Made by a program: the position numbers and the translations under genes. From NCBI RefSeq assembly GCF_038025025.1, contig NW_027117341.1, positions 1,240,001-1,304,000 on the forward strand: a stretch of DNA of 64,000 nt, in the 5' to 3' direction. The first letter of the stretch is position 1. Every line of letters starts with the position of its first letter. Source of the DNA: Phyllosticta citribraziliensis. Lineage: Eukaryota. Under the pieces are notes generated by a model, which made no database searches, had not been told where the DNA came from, and saw only the letters and a program-made list of their open reading frames with translations. Below, one piece after another: positions 35,818-48,456 of this stretch.

Positions 35818-36387
35818 TTACAGGTTCATGAGCTTCTTGATAGACTCGACCATGTCCTCGGTCGAGTACAGCTTGTTCTTCACGGGGCTCTGCGGGCCCT
35901 TCATAATCTTCATCACTGCGCCAAAGTTCTTGGGCTCGTCCATGGAGGCAATCTGATTCTTCAGAATCTCTTCGATCTCGGCGGGGCTCAGGTAGCCGTT
36001 GGCCTCTTCGATCTCCTTGACGTAGTCGTGCATGACGTCGATGCTGCCCTGCTCCTTGTCGACCAAGTCTTGCCTTTTGGCTTCGCGGAACTGGCTCACG
36101 GCGTCGGACGAGACGTGGATCTTCTTGAGCAGGAGGGCGCGCAGCTTGTCGTCAGACTCGACCGGGTTCTGGCTGTGCGAGGCATTGGTGATGTCGGCCA
36201 GCACGGCGCGGACGACCGAGAGGCGCACGGTGTCTTTGGACCTCATGGCCGTCTTCATGTCTTCGCGCAGGCGGGGCAGGATGATGGGAGACGGAGCGGC
36301 CTCGGCCGAGTATGCCCTGACGACAGTGCGGAAAGAGCGAAAACAGAGCCGCGCAGAGCGGAATCGCGACGGCAAAGCGAAAGACAT
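35818..36387 (-). CDS. AIM41: Aim41 (GatB/YqeY-domain) mitochondrial protein
   Basis: Arg-rich presequence, then LREDMKTAMRSKDTVRLSVVRAVLADI..FREAKRQDLVDKEQ..FGAVMK (YqeY pattern). Confidence 0.85.
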   Translation of the reverse strand: MSFALPSRFRSARLCFRSFRTVVRAYSAEAAPSPIILPRLREDMKTAMRSKDTVRLSVVRAVLADITNASHSQNPVESDDKLRALLLKKIHVSSDAVSQFREAKRQDLVDKEQGSIDVMHDYVKEIEEANGYLSPAEIEEILKNQIASMDEPKNFGAVMKIMKGPQSPVKNKLYSTEDMVESIKKLMNL

Positions 36388-36886
36388 GGTGCGGGTAGTT
36401 GGCCGGGGGCTTTTGGTGAACGGTCGATTGTGGAGCGAGATCTGGTGACGGTGATTAGACGACGGTGAGCAAACTGTACCCAGACTCGGGTCAAGTCACC
36501 AACCTCGTGGAATCGAACTTGGAAGAAGAGTGTTGCGGTGTCAATGGGTTGTTTTGGCAACGCGGAAAGTGGTGCCGTCAGTTGGGAGAAAGCTACGGCT
36601 AAGCAGGCGGCGCGCCAAGCCTTCCGGGCGAGCTGCCGCGCGAGGTTCTTGGACCAGTCCCCGGCGGGCATTTTACAGCTTCACCAAGCTACAAGTCCAG
36701 TCAGCTTCTCAACCGTCACTCCTCCGCCGCCGCACCTCGCCCTCCCCAGCCTCTTCTCTTCCATTCGTTCTGTATGCATGCTCACGGTTAAGGCGTTGCG
36801 CGTACTCCAGCATCATCCTCGAGCCCGCCTAATATTATCAACACACACCACCGCTCTACACCAACACGCGCTGAACGCGACGAGAG

Positions 36887-39800
36887 ATGAACATCGGCCC
36901 TGCGACTCCTCAGCGGCCCTTGCCAGGCGCCTATTTTGCCACTCCAGGCCCCGGAGGACGCCCTGCTCAACCCGTATTCGGGCGCGCGCCCACGGCTCCC
37001 GCAAATCCGCCTGCGCAACCGCAACTAGGACATGTCGCTGCTGTCGCGCCTGTGACCCAGCAACAGCTCCAGACACAGCCCGAGATACAGCCAATTGAGC
37101 GCGCAGCAAGGACCGTCAACGACACATTGACCCAGGAGGCTAGATACCCTGATCTGGACAGCTACATTACGCGTGAGTGCCTCGAACGCGCCGTCTCTTT
37201 GTCCGGCGGCGCAAGAAAATGGGATAATGCTAAATCTTTGCATAGAGGGAATATCATCAGACTATGACATTCCGAGGAGCAATGCTCTGGCGCCGTTTCA
37301 ACAGGTCAAGACATACAACATCCCTGACCGGATATTCGAGCAGTACAATGATGCGCAAGTCAGCACAATGTTTGGGCTGTTCGCCGAGTTAAACCATGCC
37401 TGGGTTGTTATCGACAATGCGCTCTACATTTGGGACTACACGCACCCGAATCCTGAGTTGGTGGCTTGGGCACCCCAGCCGAACACCATTACGGCGGTGA
37501 AGCTTGCAAAGCCGCGAAGTAAAGTCTTCGTTCCTAGAATCACGCACATCCTCGTCGTGGCGACGATAAACGACATGTACATCGTCGGTCTCTCGTACGC
37601 CAAGGGACCCGAAGGCGTTAGTGAGGTGCAGCTGTACGAGACGAAAATGCACGCCTCAGTCAGGGGCCTGGACGTAAGGTGCATAGAAGGATCGGCCAAG
37701 ACTGGAAGAATCTTCTTTGGCGGCAACACAAGCGACGACGTGTACGAGCTCACGTACCAGCCAGAAGAGAAGTGGTTTGGCAGCAAGTGCGGCACCGTCA
37801 ACCACGTCAACAAGAGCTACCTGAGCTGGAACTATGCGGCGACGATGGTGGGCTGGGGAAAGCATCCTTCGCACGAGTACATGGATCAGCTGGCCGTAGA
37901 TGATACCAGAAACTTGCTGTACACGCTCTCCAACAACTCGGCAATACGGGTCTTCCACATGAGGAACATGACCGCTCTGGACTGCGTCATCACCAGGGCC
38001 TTTTCGACACTGAGGACGCAAATAGGCCACATGGTTGCTTCGTCACAGCTGATTGCCAACAACACGTCGGTGGTTGCCATAGCTCCCATCACAGCCACAG
38101 AGGCAGCGCGCTTGAACCTGGTTGCCATAACCAACACCGGCTGCCGCATATTTCTCAGCGCAACGTCTGGGGGCTACTATGCTACGGACGTCGCCAGCGC
38201 CCCGACGAGCATGCAAGCGCACCACGTCAAGTTTCCTCCGAGTATCGCACAAACCGACAACACTGCGGTGCCAGTAGGAGCTTACCAAGTCCCTGCTATC
38301 AACACTAATTCCTCATCCCTCACCCTGACTACCAAAGCTGCTCGATTCCCCCCTGGCTACTTCCTCTACTTTGTCCGCACAGACGCGAACACGAATGCCG
38401 AACAACTTTTCCTTTCAACGCCGGATTCTGGTCGGATTGCCCGCCCCGCCGAGCCCGCAGCCATCCCTCGATATATCGAGAAGGGGCAATGGATTCCGCT
38501 TGGAAACAGCATGCAGGCCATTGGTCTGGTTTCGGAGCCGTTTGGCGCCAGCAAGCAGCCGATAGGCTTTGGAAATGAGTTGGCTGTGCAGTTTGATCAA
38601 CCCACGAGCGAGTTTGCCATCCTGACGAGTTCGGGCGTGCACGTAATTCGCAGGAGAAGGCTGGTAGACATTTTGGCTGCGGCCATGAGGTCTGGCGGAG
38701 GCGAAGAAGGTCTGGAGACGGAGGTCAAGAATTTCGTGCGCGCGTATGGCCGCACTGAGCTTTGCGCTGCTGCATTAGCAGTCGCATGCGGCCAGGCATC
38801 CGACGTGACGCATGACTTCCGCGTCGCCAGAATGACTGACCAGGAGACGCTCGAGTTTGCGCGCAAAGTCTTCATCGAGTACGGTGGTAAGCCCACGTAC
38901 AACGAGAACTTGCAGCTCGACAACACCACCCAACCCATCGACAGCGTCAGGCCATCACCACGCCACGATGGTGTCGCATTATACATTGCAAGACTCCTCC
39001 GCTCTGTTTGGAAGTCGCCAATCCTGAAAGAAACTATTACGCCCAACAGCGGTCTGCAGGTGGAGGCCACAGTCGACACGGCCAAGCTCCAGAGTATCCA
39101 GCGCGATCTTACTCACCTCAAAGAGTTTTTCGATAACAACAAGTCGTTCATCGAAGGCTTGAGCGGGCCCGAGATCCGTGGCCAGACCCCACAGGACGAG
39201 CTTTCTCTCCGTGGTGAGCACCGTGCCATGAATGCTCTGCTGAACTTGCTCAACAACGTTGTTGAGGGCATCTCGTTTGTGCTGGTGCTTTTTGACGAAA
39301 AGGTCGATGAGATTGTACTTTCCCTGCCCGATGACATTCGGCAGCGGGTACGCGAACTCACGTTTGAGAGCCTTTTCTCTTCTCCACCTGGAAGGGACTT
39401 GGCAAAGGAGCTCGTCAAGGCCATTGTCAACCGCAACATTCAAAAGGGGTCAAACGTCGACACCGTCGCTGATGCTTTGCGCAGAAGATGCGGGAGCTTC
39501 TGCAGCGCTGACGACGTCGTCATCTTCAAGGCACAGGAGAATCTGCGCAAGGCTGCCGACGCGGGCAAGGAGTCGGAAACGGGACGCACTTTGCTCAACG
39601 ACAGCTTCAACCACTTGATGAGGGTGGCTTCGAGCTTATCCATGGAGGTCCTCCAGGTCGCCGTCGAGCAGTACATTGCCATGGAGTTCTTTGCTGGTAA
39701 GTAGCCCGGGAAGTGTTCTCAACTTGCGCTGACTCCTTTTAGGCGCAATCCGCTTGATTCTACAGGTGGCAAGCCAACGTGATCGTGGCAACCGGGCTCT

Positions 39801-41134
39801 TGGCTACATCAAGGACGGCATGCAGGATACTGTAAGTGCTGAAGCTGTATTATTCTGGCAACGCAACTAACGAATCCTAGGACCCCCGGCGAAGAGACTA
39901 CGACCGTCGTAGGGAGTGCTACAACCTTGTCCACCGAGTCATCCAAGCGGTCGATGCTGCATCTCTTGCCGAACCACCGCTCGTTGACGGCCAATTTTCT
40001 GCAACAGAGACTCGCAAGCAGGAGGCGTACGACGAGATCAACGGGTCTGCGGACGAAGTTTTCCAAATCCACCTCTACGACTGGTACTTGGAGCAAGGCT
40101 GGAGCGACAGACTACTCGATATCGAGTCCCCTTACGTTATTAGCTACTTGGAGAGAAAGTCCGAAGAGGAAGCCAGGCACGCCGACCTGTTGTGGAAATA
40201 CTACGCGCACCACCGCAGGTTCTTCGAGGCTGCAGAAGTGCAGCTTCAACTCGCCAAGAGCGGTTTCGACTTGACTCTGGAGCAGCGTATTCGGTACCTC
40301 AGCCAGGCCAAAACGAACGCGTCTGCTCGCTTGACAGGCATGAGCGATGTTCGCATGACCCGCCAGTCACGCCAGGAGCTCCTTCGCGAAGCTGCGGACC
40401 TTCTTGACCTCGCCAATATTCAAGGCGACATTCTCGAGCGCATGAAGGCCGATGGCCGTCTCGGTCCAGAGCGCCGCCCGATCATTATGCGCGAGCTCAA
40501 CGGACGAGTCCTTGCCCTCGACGACCTGTTCGGCAACTACACAGACCAAGCCGGATACTACGACCTCAGCCTGCTCATCTACGCCGTGGCCGAACACCGC
40601 GACCTTACCAATATTCGCGCCACATGGCAAAACCTGTTCGAACAGCTGCACTACACGGCGACGCAAGCCAACCAGCGGCCATGGGAAGTAGTGGCGGACA
40701 GGGTGCGCGATCTGGGCACGCGGCTGCAGCTCAACGAGACCGTCTTCCACGTGCCGACGGTGGTGCTGCTGCTCGAGACGTACGCATACACGTACCAGCG
40801 CGGGTACGGCGGACCGACGTGGGTCGCCGACGTCTTCCTCGACCTGGGCGTGCCGCACGAGCAGCTCGTCGCCGTCCTCGAGTCCATATGGTACAACAAC
40901 GAGGCACCCTTCGTCGCGCGGGCCCGCCGGTGGATCGCCCAAGACCTCATCCGCGTCTGCGAGGCCTGGTTCGACGAGTCGTCGCGCGGCGGCGGATACG
41001 CTTTTGGGGGCGTCGAGACGGCGGCCGCCATTATGGATCTCTTGAACCAAGTGCAGACGGCCGGGATACTGGACCAGGAGTTTTTGGAGCGCACGATTGA
41101 TTTGAGGGGCAGGATTGAGGTTGTGCTGCGGTGA
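36887..41134 (+). CDS. NUP170: Nucleoporin Nup170/Nup157 (Nup155 family), 3 introns
   Basis: TPQRPLPGAY N-terminus, GLFAELNHAWVVIDNALYIWDY, GFGNELAVQF, SPRHDGVALYIARL, LRRRCGSFCSADDVVIFKAQE, DLLWKYY..LTLEQRIRYLS. Confidence 0.95.
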
Positions 41135-41337
41135 GGAGCTGTCGAGATTGTCCTTGGGTGAGCGGTGGTCAGTGGTTTCATTTGGGGTTGTCGTTGGACG
41201 GACGTGCGGTGCGGTGCGCCAAAGCAAAGCAATAAAAAGCGTTTTCGGGAAGGGTAGGGTTGCGTGAGGGCTGCACTCGTTGTTGGTGGGGGGATTCAGT
41301 TGTTATTGTTGTTCAGCCACATCATCGGCTCGTTTCT

Positions 41338-41362
41338 AGGCAGGCAGGCAGGCAGGCAGGCA
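41338..41362 (+). repeat. (AGGC)6 microsatellite in the NUP170 3' region
   Basis: aggcaggcaggcaggcaggcaggca read directly. Confidence 0.9.
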
Positions 41363-41617
41363 CATTCAGTGGAGTGGTAGTTGCACCCCTTTTCTTCTCT
41401 TTCTCCGTCTGTATATTTTCCTTCTTCCCGTTTTTGTCGTCGTCTTGTTCTTCGCTTTTGCATTTCATTCTTCCAAAAATTTTGGGTTGGTCTCGGCATG
41501 GTAGGAGTAGGGTCAAATGGTAGTAGGCACGTACGTAGTTGCGTAAACAGCGCCCGTCTGTGCGTGCGCTGACAATCAATGGAAAAACAAGTCAAAATGT
41601 CTTATTCCATGAAGTCT

Positions 41618-41745
41618 TGCGGTGTGTGGCGGAGGGATGCAGTTGAGGAGTTGGAACATTTTTCAGGCATGTAAACGCAGCAGAAGAAGCATGTCAGCAC
41701 AAAATGTTCCAACTCCTCAACTGCATCCCCCCACCATACACTGCA
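41618..41745. repeat. Long inverted repeat/hairpin: 45-bp arms (inner 29 bp perfect), 38-nt spacer
   Basis: 41634-41662 GGGATGCAGTTGAGGAGTTGGAACATTTT is the exact reverse complement of 41701-41729. Pairing extends 16 bp outward with 4 differences. Confidence 0.95.
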
Positions 41746-42207
41746 TGGCTTTCAGATAACTGAGACTGTACAGGATTTCTCCACTGCTCTGACGGAATGA
41801 GGTGTCCCATCAGGCTCTATATCTTATTGTGATTACTTGCTGGAGCTATCTCTCAGAACATGAATGCCAGTTTTTGAGCGTCTTTTCCAAAAGTCTTCCA
41901 AACACACCCTTAAGGTCTCCATCGAACTTCAACTGGCCCTTGTGCACCGTGAGATCCTGATCGAAAGCTTCCACGTTCATTTTCTCATCTACCTTCTCGG
42001 GCGAAGTCTCTATCCTCTGAACGATCACGTTATTTTCCTACACTCCTAAGCCAGGTTCAAGGTGCTGGATAAACACCTACTTTGCTCGTTACTAACGGAC
42101 TCGAAGACAAGGCACCAACTGTGACACTCCTCACAGCCGCAACACCTGCGAGCCATCTCGCTACCACATCCTAGAAGTCACGCCTTCCCCCTTAGCACTC
42201 CACCATC

Positions 42208-44124
42208 CTACCACCCAGCCCCCCTAACACAGCCCCCTAAGCTCCCCACGCCGCGCAAAAGCAACCGTACAGGCGCCAAAATAACCCACAGCGCGCGGCC
42301 CAGCGCGCCGAGCAGGTAGAACGCGGCGAGCAGGCCCCACAGCGCGAGAATTAACTTGGCGACCAGGATGGCATTGGCGCGGGTGATGGTGAGGGAGACG
42401 AGGGTTTGTTGCTGGGTCGTGGTTTCGGGGGATGATGAGGTTGTGGTGGCTGGTTGGGCGGGATTGATGGCGGATTTTTCGACGGCGGCCGCCTTGGTGG
42501 TGGAAGATGGTAGTTGTCGAGAGCCTGCGAGAGCGGGTTTGATGGCGGATACTGTGTGCGAGTTTGACCGCGCGGGATCTTTGGTCGCTGCTGCTGCGGT
42601 GGCTGTGGCTGTGGCAGGGGCTTTGACGGGGGCGCTGACGACGCGCTTTGATTTTGCGGCGGCAATGCGTTCGAGTGCAGCTTTGAGCGTGGCGCTCCTG
42701 TCTGCGGTGGTCGTCGTTGAGGTCTTTGTCGTTTTTGTCGTCGCTGGTTCTCTCGTCGACGTAGTTTTAGACTTGGATTTCGGCTTGGGCTTCTCATGTT
42801 CGTCTGGTACTTCGGCCGTTCTCTCTTTCTTCTTCTCATTCTCCCTTTCTGCATTCCTTTGCACTTTGGGCGGTTCTGCCTGGAGTAATTCCTTTTCTCG
42901 CCGATACCCCTTTTCCCTTCTCTTGAGTCTACTCTTATCTTTCTCCTTTTCTTTGCTAATGTCCTTCTCCGACTGCCTTTCCTTCGCCTGTTTTTGATCA
43001 ACCTTCTTTCCTGTTGTCACAACAATACGCGGCACTCCGTTCCCATTCAATCTTGTTGGTACCTTTTCCACCGAGATAGTGTCCGACTGATATGCACGCT
43101 CAATTGGATGGCTTCGGCTGCTGAGGACCGACGCCCGCGTCTGGGTAGACTGACTCCAAGTCTTGGGGATGTACCCATGCTTTGGAGGCACCGGCGGGGC
43201 GTCATCTTCGCATTCATGCGCGAGCGGCTTGCGGGCAATTTCAATCTTGGCGAACTGCGGCGTTTGTGGCGGTGTCGGTATCTGGTGGTGCACTGGAGGC
43301 GCCGGAGGAGGGCTGTAATATGGATATCGAACCGGGCAATCGTCTGAAAATCGGACATGGCGAGACGACGGCTCATGCTGAGGAACTGAAGGCAGTTCCA
43401 TCTCGGGAGGAGGAGGGCTGACTGCGGGAAGCTCGTACACTTTTCGACTGCCTGTAGTCACCCACGTCGCAATGGCATCCGTTCCCCCGTTTGTTTTCGT
43501 CTTTGGTGGCGGAGGGCTCACTCTTAGGGCCCCGGGTATGCGTAAATGGTCGGGGTCAAATGCGGCGAAGTGTGTTGGGGATGGTTGTGCCAGCAAAGGC
43601 GATACATCGCTCAGTGCATCTGGCGGCTCTTCGATTTCGTCCTCGACATACGGCGCGGGCGGCTTCCTCTTGAGCGTGGAGACTTTCCTTAAAGGGCGCC
43701 AGAAGTCGGGCCATCGATCTCGCGGCCTCTGCCCTTCTTCAAAGGCGCGTCCCTCATATTTTTGCGGCGCCTGACCCGCATCCTTCGCCCCACGCAATGC
43801 GACGGGCTCGTGATGCTCCGTCATCACGCTCGAAAAAGCCGGGCTCATCCTTCCGGTATGTGGATTCGGGTTCTGCACAGTGAGATAATCCTCGGTGTCC
43901 TTGATGGAGAGGTGCGTCTTTCCTTCAGTCGGGTGGACGTATGGCACGATCGATCCTGAAGAAGACGACAAGTCGCTGTCCTCTCCCAGCTCTGGAGGCT
44001 GAAGCAATAATTTCTTTTTCCAGTTTCGACGCGTCTGAGTCTGCAGGACCTCTTGGCCTGCGCATTCTTGGTGGGGCGGCTCCGTCTGGAATGCGGCTGG
44101 GGTTGCGGAATGTGGTGCCCGCAT
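42208..44124 (-). CDS. Hypothetical low-complexity protein with a C-terminal hydrophobic (membrane-anchor) segment
   Basis: 1.9-kb uninterrupted ORF with Pro-, Lys/Glu- and Thr/Ala-rich blocks, ending ILVAKLILALWGLLAAFYLLGALGRALWVILAPV. First ATG at 44124; true start uncertain. Confidence 0.7.
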   Translation of the reverse strand: MRAPHSATPAAFQTEPPHQECAGQEVLQTQTRRNWKKKLLLQPPELGEDSDLSSSSGSIVPYVHPTEGKTHLSIKDTEDYLTVQNPNPHTGRMSPAFSSVMTEHHEPVALRGAKDAGQAPQKYEGRAFEEGQRPRDRWPDFWRPLRKVSTLKRKPPAPYVEDEIEEPPDALSDVSPLLAQPSPTHFAAFDPDHLRIPGALRVSPPPPKTKTNGGTDAIATWVTTGSRKVYELPAVSPPPPEMELPSVPQHEPSSRHVRFSDDCPVRYPYYSPPPAPPVHHQIPTPPQTPQFAKIEIARKPLAHECEDDAPPVPPKHGYIPKTWSQSTQTRASVLSSRSHPIERAYQSDTISVEKVPTRLNGNGVPRIVVTTGKKVDQKQAKERQSEKDISKEKEKDKSRLKRREKGYRREKELLQAEPPKVQRNAERENEKKKERTAEVPDEHEKPKPKSKSKTTSTREPATTKTTKTSTTTTADRSATLKAALERIAAAKSKRVVSAPVKAPATATATAAAATKDPARSNSHTVSAIKPALAGSRQLPSSTTKAAAVEKSAINPAQPATTTSSSPETTTQQQTLVSLTITRANAILVAKLILALWGLLAAFYLLGALGRALWVILAPVRLLLRGVGSLGGCVRGAGW

Positions 44125-45023
44125 GGCTGCGAGCAACGACGAACACAGCTGTGGCGACGCGTCCTGACTCCGAAGGCGCAGCTATGTCGCGTGAAAGCTT
44201 TACGGTGGCGTGAGAGGGGCTTTTGGATACAATCATGGTAGTAATTATTGAATCCAAATTGAGGCGTGGATGGTGGTTCCAAAATGGATCGAGTCCAGCT
44301 TAACTACAGCCTTGTTAGCCAATGTCTTTGACCTTTGATCAGACAGTCTAAAGAGTCCTCGGAACCGCTCTTGTTGCAAACCACAAGGGGTCCTTGACTG
44401 GGGGAAAACATGTGAGTGGGGATTTCATCACTTGTTGCCCAAGTGCCCAATAATAGCATCTTCATCAAAAAGAGCATGGTGCTGAAGACCGCATCATGTC
44501 ACAAAGCTTGCCCAAGACGGACACTCGTCTCAATTCGGGATAAATTTCGAGAGGTACCGTAGCTGGCTTTCGAGTCAACCCAACGCCAAACTTGTATTAG
44601 TTCATTTCCCACTGCGCGTCTAGGGAAATGAAGATACTCGTTGCCATGCAGAGCCCGTGCCTCTTCTGCGACCCCCGGCTCGTGTAGGCGCGCAAACCAA
44701 GACTCTTTCCAGCCGGATTCGGAAACTGGTTATTCGAGACTTGTAGACTGGAATGCACCAAGCCCATCCCCAGCCCACAATTTTGACAGCACCGTTTTCG
44801 ATCAGCCAAACTGAACGCGGCTTTGAACGACTTCAATTCAAATCCGGGACATGTTGGTCGTGTGTAGAACTTTTGACGTCAAGCCCTCACCACTCTGTCA
44901 CCTGTTTTCCGCCAAGTCCGAATGAAGCAAGAAGCCTTCACGTAACTTGGCGCGGCTCACATCCAACTCCAGAACGCCTTGACTATGCAATCCAACTCAA
45001 GTCCACAGGTACCAGGATCACTT

Positions 45024-46337
45024 TCACCTCGAGGGTATGCCATCTTTTGTCCAGCCCTTGGCCCTCATGCTCGACTCGATCGCACTCCAGATCTGCTCCA
45101 CAACCTCTCTGTCGCGCCATCTTGCCGTGGCTCCCTGGTTCGGCGTCCACTTGTCCACCTGCGCGCAGATGACACCTCTGCCCCAGCCCCTAACTGTCTC
45201 CGGCACGGTCTCGCCTCGCCAGCCCACGTAGACGCCCAAGGCATGGCTGAAAAGCTCGGCAGGTTGCGTCCACTTGTAGGACTTGAATTGCCATGTTTGC
45301 CCAGTCGTGAAGACGGCCACCACGCGCTGCCAGTAGTCGGGCTTGAATTGATCCGGGGAGTCGACAAGGATGAATCGAAGTGGGCGAGATGGGTCAATGC
45401 TAGGAATCGTCCGCATCAGGTGAAGAAGGTTAGGGCCGCCTGATGCGGAATCGGCGGGTGTGAAGAGACCGCCGTCCAGGAATGATTTGATGTTGGACAT
45501 GCGCAGAAGCGATGACGCGGAGGGTGAAAGAAGAATGATTGGCTCTGGACGACGTCCGCTGGGTTTCTTGAGGTTTGATACTAGCGCGGGATTCGATGCT
45601 GCCATTGTGGTTTGCGCGGCGTGCCCTGCGCGTTTACCATGTCCGAGCAGAGATGCAGCGTGCTTGCGCACATGTGAAAAGTCCTGTTCGAGCTTAGCAA
45701 GGTCCATCCATCAACGTGCTTAATCTCATACCGTGGGCTTGATGCCGCGCAGTACACTGTTGCGATCTCCCATCCGCCGTTCGCAGTTGTAAATCTCCAA
45801 CAGCCGCGGGTCTGGCTGAGCCTTGCCCGCCTTGGGCGCGCCACTCGGAACCGTCGAAATACCTCCAGCAGTGCCTGCAGCAATGTCTGCCGAGCTTGCG
45901 GCCTGGCTCGTCTCCGATGGCAGCGGCTTGATATTCTCACTCTCCTCCGATCCGCCTTCAAGCCAGGTGATAAGATCGAGTTTCTCCGCAAACACCAAGT
46001 TCTTGACCGCACCACCAGCACCACCGGGAGCTGCCAATTCTTCATTCAGGCGTTGCACCGAGGTAATGTATTCTGGAACCGCAGCGTCTTTCTTGAGCCA
46101 TGTAAAATAGACGCTCCGCAAGTCGATGGGCTGGCTGCCGGAGAGGAATCGCGTCGGTGTGTTCAGGGGAATCGCGCGATGTTGTCCATCTTCGTGGTTG
46201 AACTGAAGGAAGGATGCTTTGGCGAGGTTCTGCTCGACGTCCTGAGCGTGGGAGGCGTCGGGGGAGGTGGTAGGTATCGGAGGCTTGTTTGCCGCAATGG
46301 CCGCGCGCAAGTTCAGGAGAGGGTCGACATCAGCCAT
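45024..46337 (-). CDS. CDC73: Paf1 complex subunit Cdc73, 1 intron
   Basis: MADVDPLLNLRAAI, DLRSVYFTW, ERRMGDRNSVLRGIKPT|DFSHVRK, PIILLSPSASSLLRMSNIKSFL, YWQRVVAVFTTGQTWQFKSYKW. Confidence 0.95.
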
Positions 46338-46694
46338 TGTGGCGATATGCGACAACGTAGATCGAAGGGTGGAGCGGAGGGATGAGGTGGTGTGGTGAAG
46401 GATGGATGGCAGCAGCGTCGCGGCCGCAGTCAAGTCGACGCGGCGAGCTCTAAAGGTGGTCCGAGCGTCTTGTGCACCCCCATGACACCCAGGTCCCTCA
46501 CGGTGTTGAGGCTCCAACTAACGGACTTCAGGGGAGCCTCGAATATTCCCAATCCAGTAAGAGAAAAATGGCACTCTAACCTGTCTCACAATTTGGTTTT
46601 CCCGTGAGAACACTTTTCTCGCTCTATTACCGTTCATGCTGTAGCCAATGCTTGTATGCAATGCTGAAGGCCAACTTCCTCATTTAATACCACC

Positions 46695-48102
46695 TCACTG
46701 CCCCTCTAGGTTTGGCCCTGGTGATGTAGGCCTACTCCTCAAGATGCCAAACAAAGCCACATTCTCTCTCAAGGCAACATACTCACTATCTGCGTATCCA
46801 AGAACCTTGTGGATCTCGGTGCTCCTCAAGCCTCGTATCCTCTTGATCTCGTTGGCAGAGTAATTCACAACTGCCCTTCCCACCTCTGTTGGTGCTGGAT
46901 TTTCCTTCTCAAAGCCGACGTCACTGTCAGTTGAGCGCTTGACGACCACAAGCCGCACGGCTTCTTGCTGGGCGAAGTGCCCATCAGCATCTACGATTCC
47001 AGCAGGCAGCAGGCCGGCGTGATCAGCAAGTGCCTTGTAGGCACCTTCGTCGATGTACACGACACCATGCGGGGCCAGACCATGGAGCAGCCAAAAGTAG
47101 CGGTCTCGTATCGTGTGGACCTGCGGCAGGAAACGGGTGTGTAGAGGAGCTTCCAGGCCCGTTGACGGGTCGATTATGGCTTGCTTTTCTGTCTTTGGGA
47201 CATCTGCAATATCCAGAGCAGCTGTCTTGCCTTCAAGAGTCTGCTGTTGCCTCTCAGGCTCGCTAGAGGAATGGACCATCTTTTTGGCTTCTGAGTAGCG
47301 CACAATCGCCGCGATATTTCCAGGTTTCGACGAGTTGGTAATCACAGTGGTGACTCCAGCGGAGGTAGCCAACCGCGCGGCGACAATCTTCGTAGACATG
47401 CCACCGGTGCCGAGCGAGGAACCAGCCGATGACACGTCTGCGACGAGGTCCGCAATATTCTCCACCACCTCAATTGGCTTCGCGTCCGGGTTTGTCCGCG
47501 GATTCTTGTCATGCAAGCAGTCCACATCCGTCATCAAGAAAAGATAGTCGGCCTGAACCATGCCTGCCGTGATAGCTGAAAGGGTATCGTTGTCGCCAAA
47601 CTTGATTTCCGTAACCGCCAGGGTATCGTTTTCGTTGACAATGGGGATGACGCCCATGTGGAGGAGCTCGTTGAACGTGTTTTGCGCATTCAGGTACTGC
47701 GTTCGGTCCGCAATGTCGTTTCTGGTCAAGAGAATCTGAGCCACGGGCTGCGCCATGTGCGAGAAGAGCTGGTCCCAGAGACTCATCAGGCGGCATTGTC
47801 CAATGGCGGCCAGCGCCTGGACTTCTGGGAGGTGTTTGGGACGGCGTTGCTTGTTCATTTGGCGCAGCGCGACGCCAATGGCACCCGAGGACACCAGAAC
47901 GACTCTGTGACCATCTTTGCGCAATTTGATGCACGTCTCGACTATGATGCTGAGAATGGAGAGTCGTGGCTCGTGAGTTTTTTCGTCAATGATGGACGAG
48001 GTGCCTAGGCCAATGTTAGCTATTTTCGGTCGTTGACTTTTCGGTAACATGTACAGGCCGTGCTGTACCAAGCTTGATTACTACAGTGAGATGCTTCTTC
48101 AT
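46695..48102 (-). CDS. PRO1: Glutamate 5-kinase with PUA domain, 1 intron
   Basis: MKKHLTVVIKLG|TSSI, VSSGAIGV, IPIVNENDT, FGDNDTLSA, GTGGMSTK, C-terminal PUA (GLLPAGI..EVGRAVVNYS). An in-frame upstream ATG exists at 48180. Confidence 0.96.
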
Positions 48103-48456
48103 CTTCAAATCCACCTCCTGAGCAAGACTGGAAGAGTTGTGAGTTGCCAAAGTTCTGCCCAAAGAGCGGGATGACTCCATGTCAAAGGATCGTCGTCATG
48201 GGTGGGCCGGGGAAGAGAGATGACTTTTTGTTGTTGCCGTCTGCTGCCACGAAGCAAAGTAAGAAGAGCGGCTTGGACTTTATGCCTTCCTCCGACCATT
48301 TTTTCACCGCCTTCAACACGCCCTACGCGCATCCTCCGCATGCTCAGCACAGCGAATCCGACAACCACCTCCGATCCACTATATCCGCGTCCGAGTCTCC
48401 ATCACACAGCGCATCGATCCCAGGCCTTCCGGCTTGAAAACACTGCCTCATCCATC

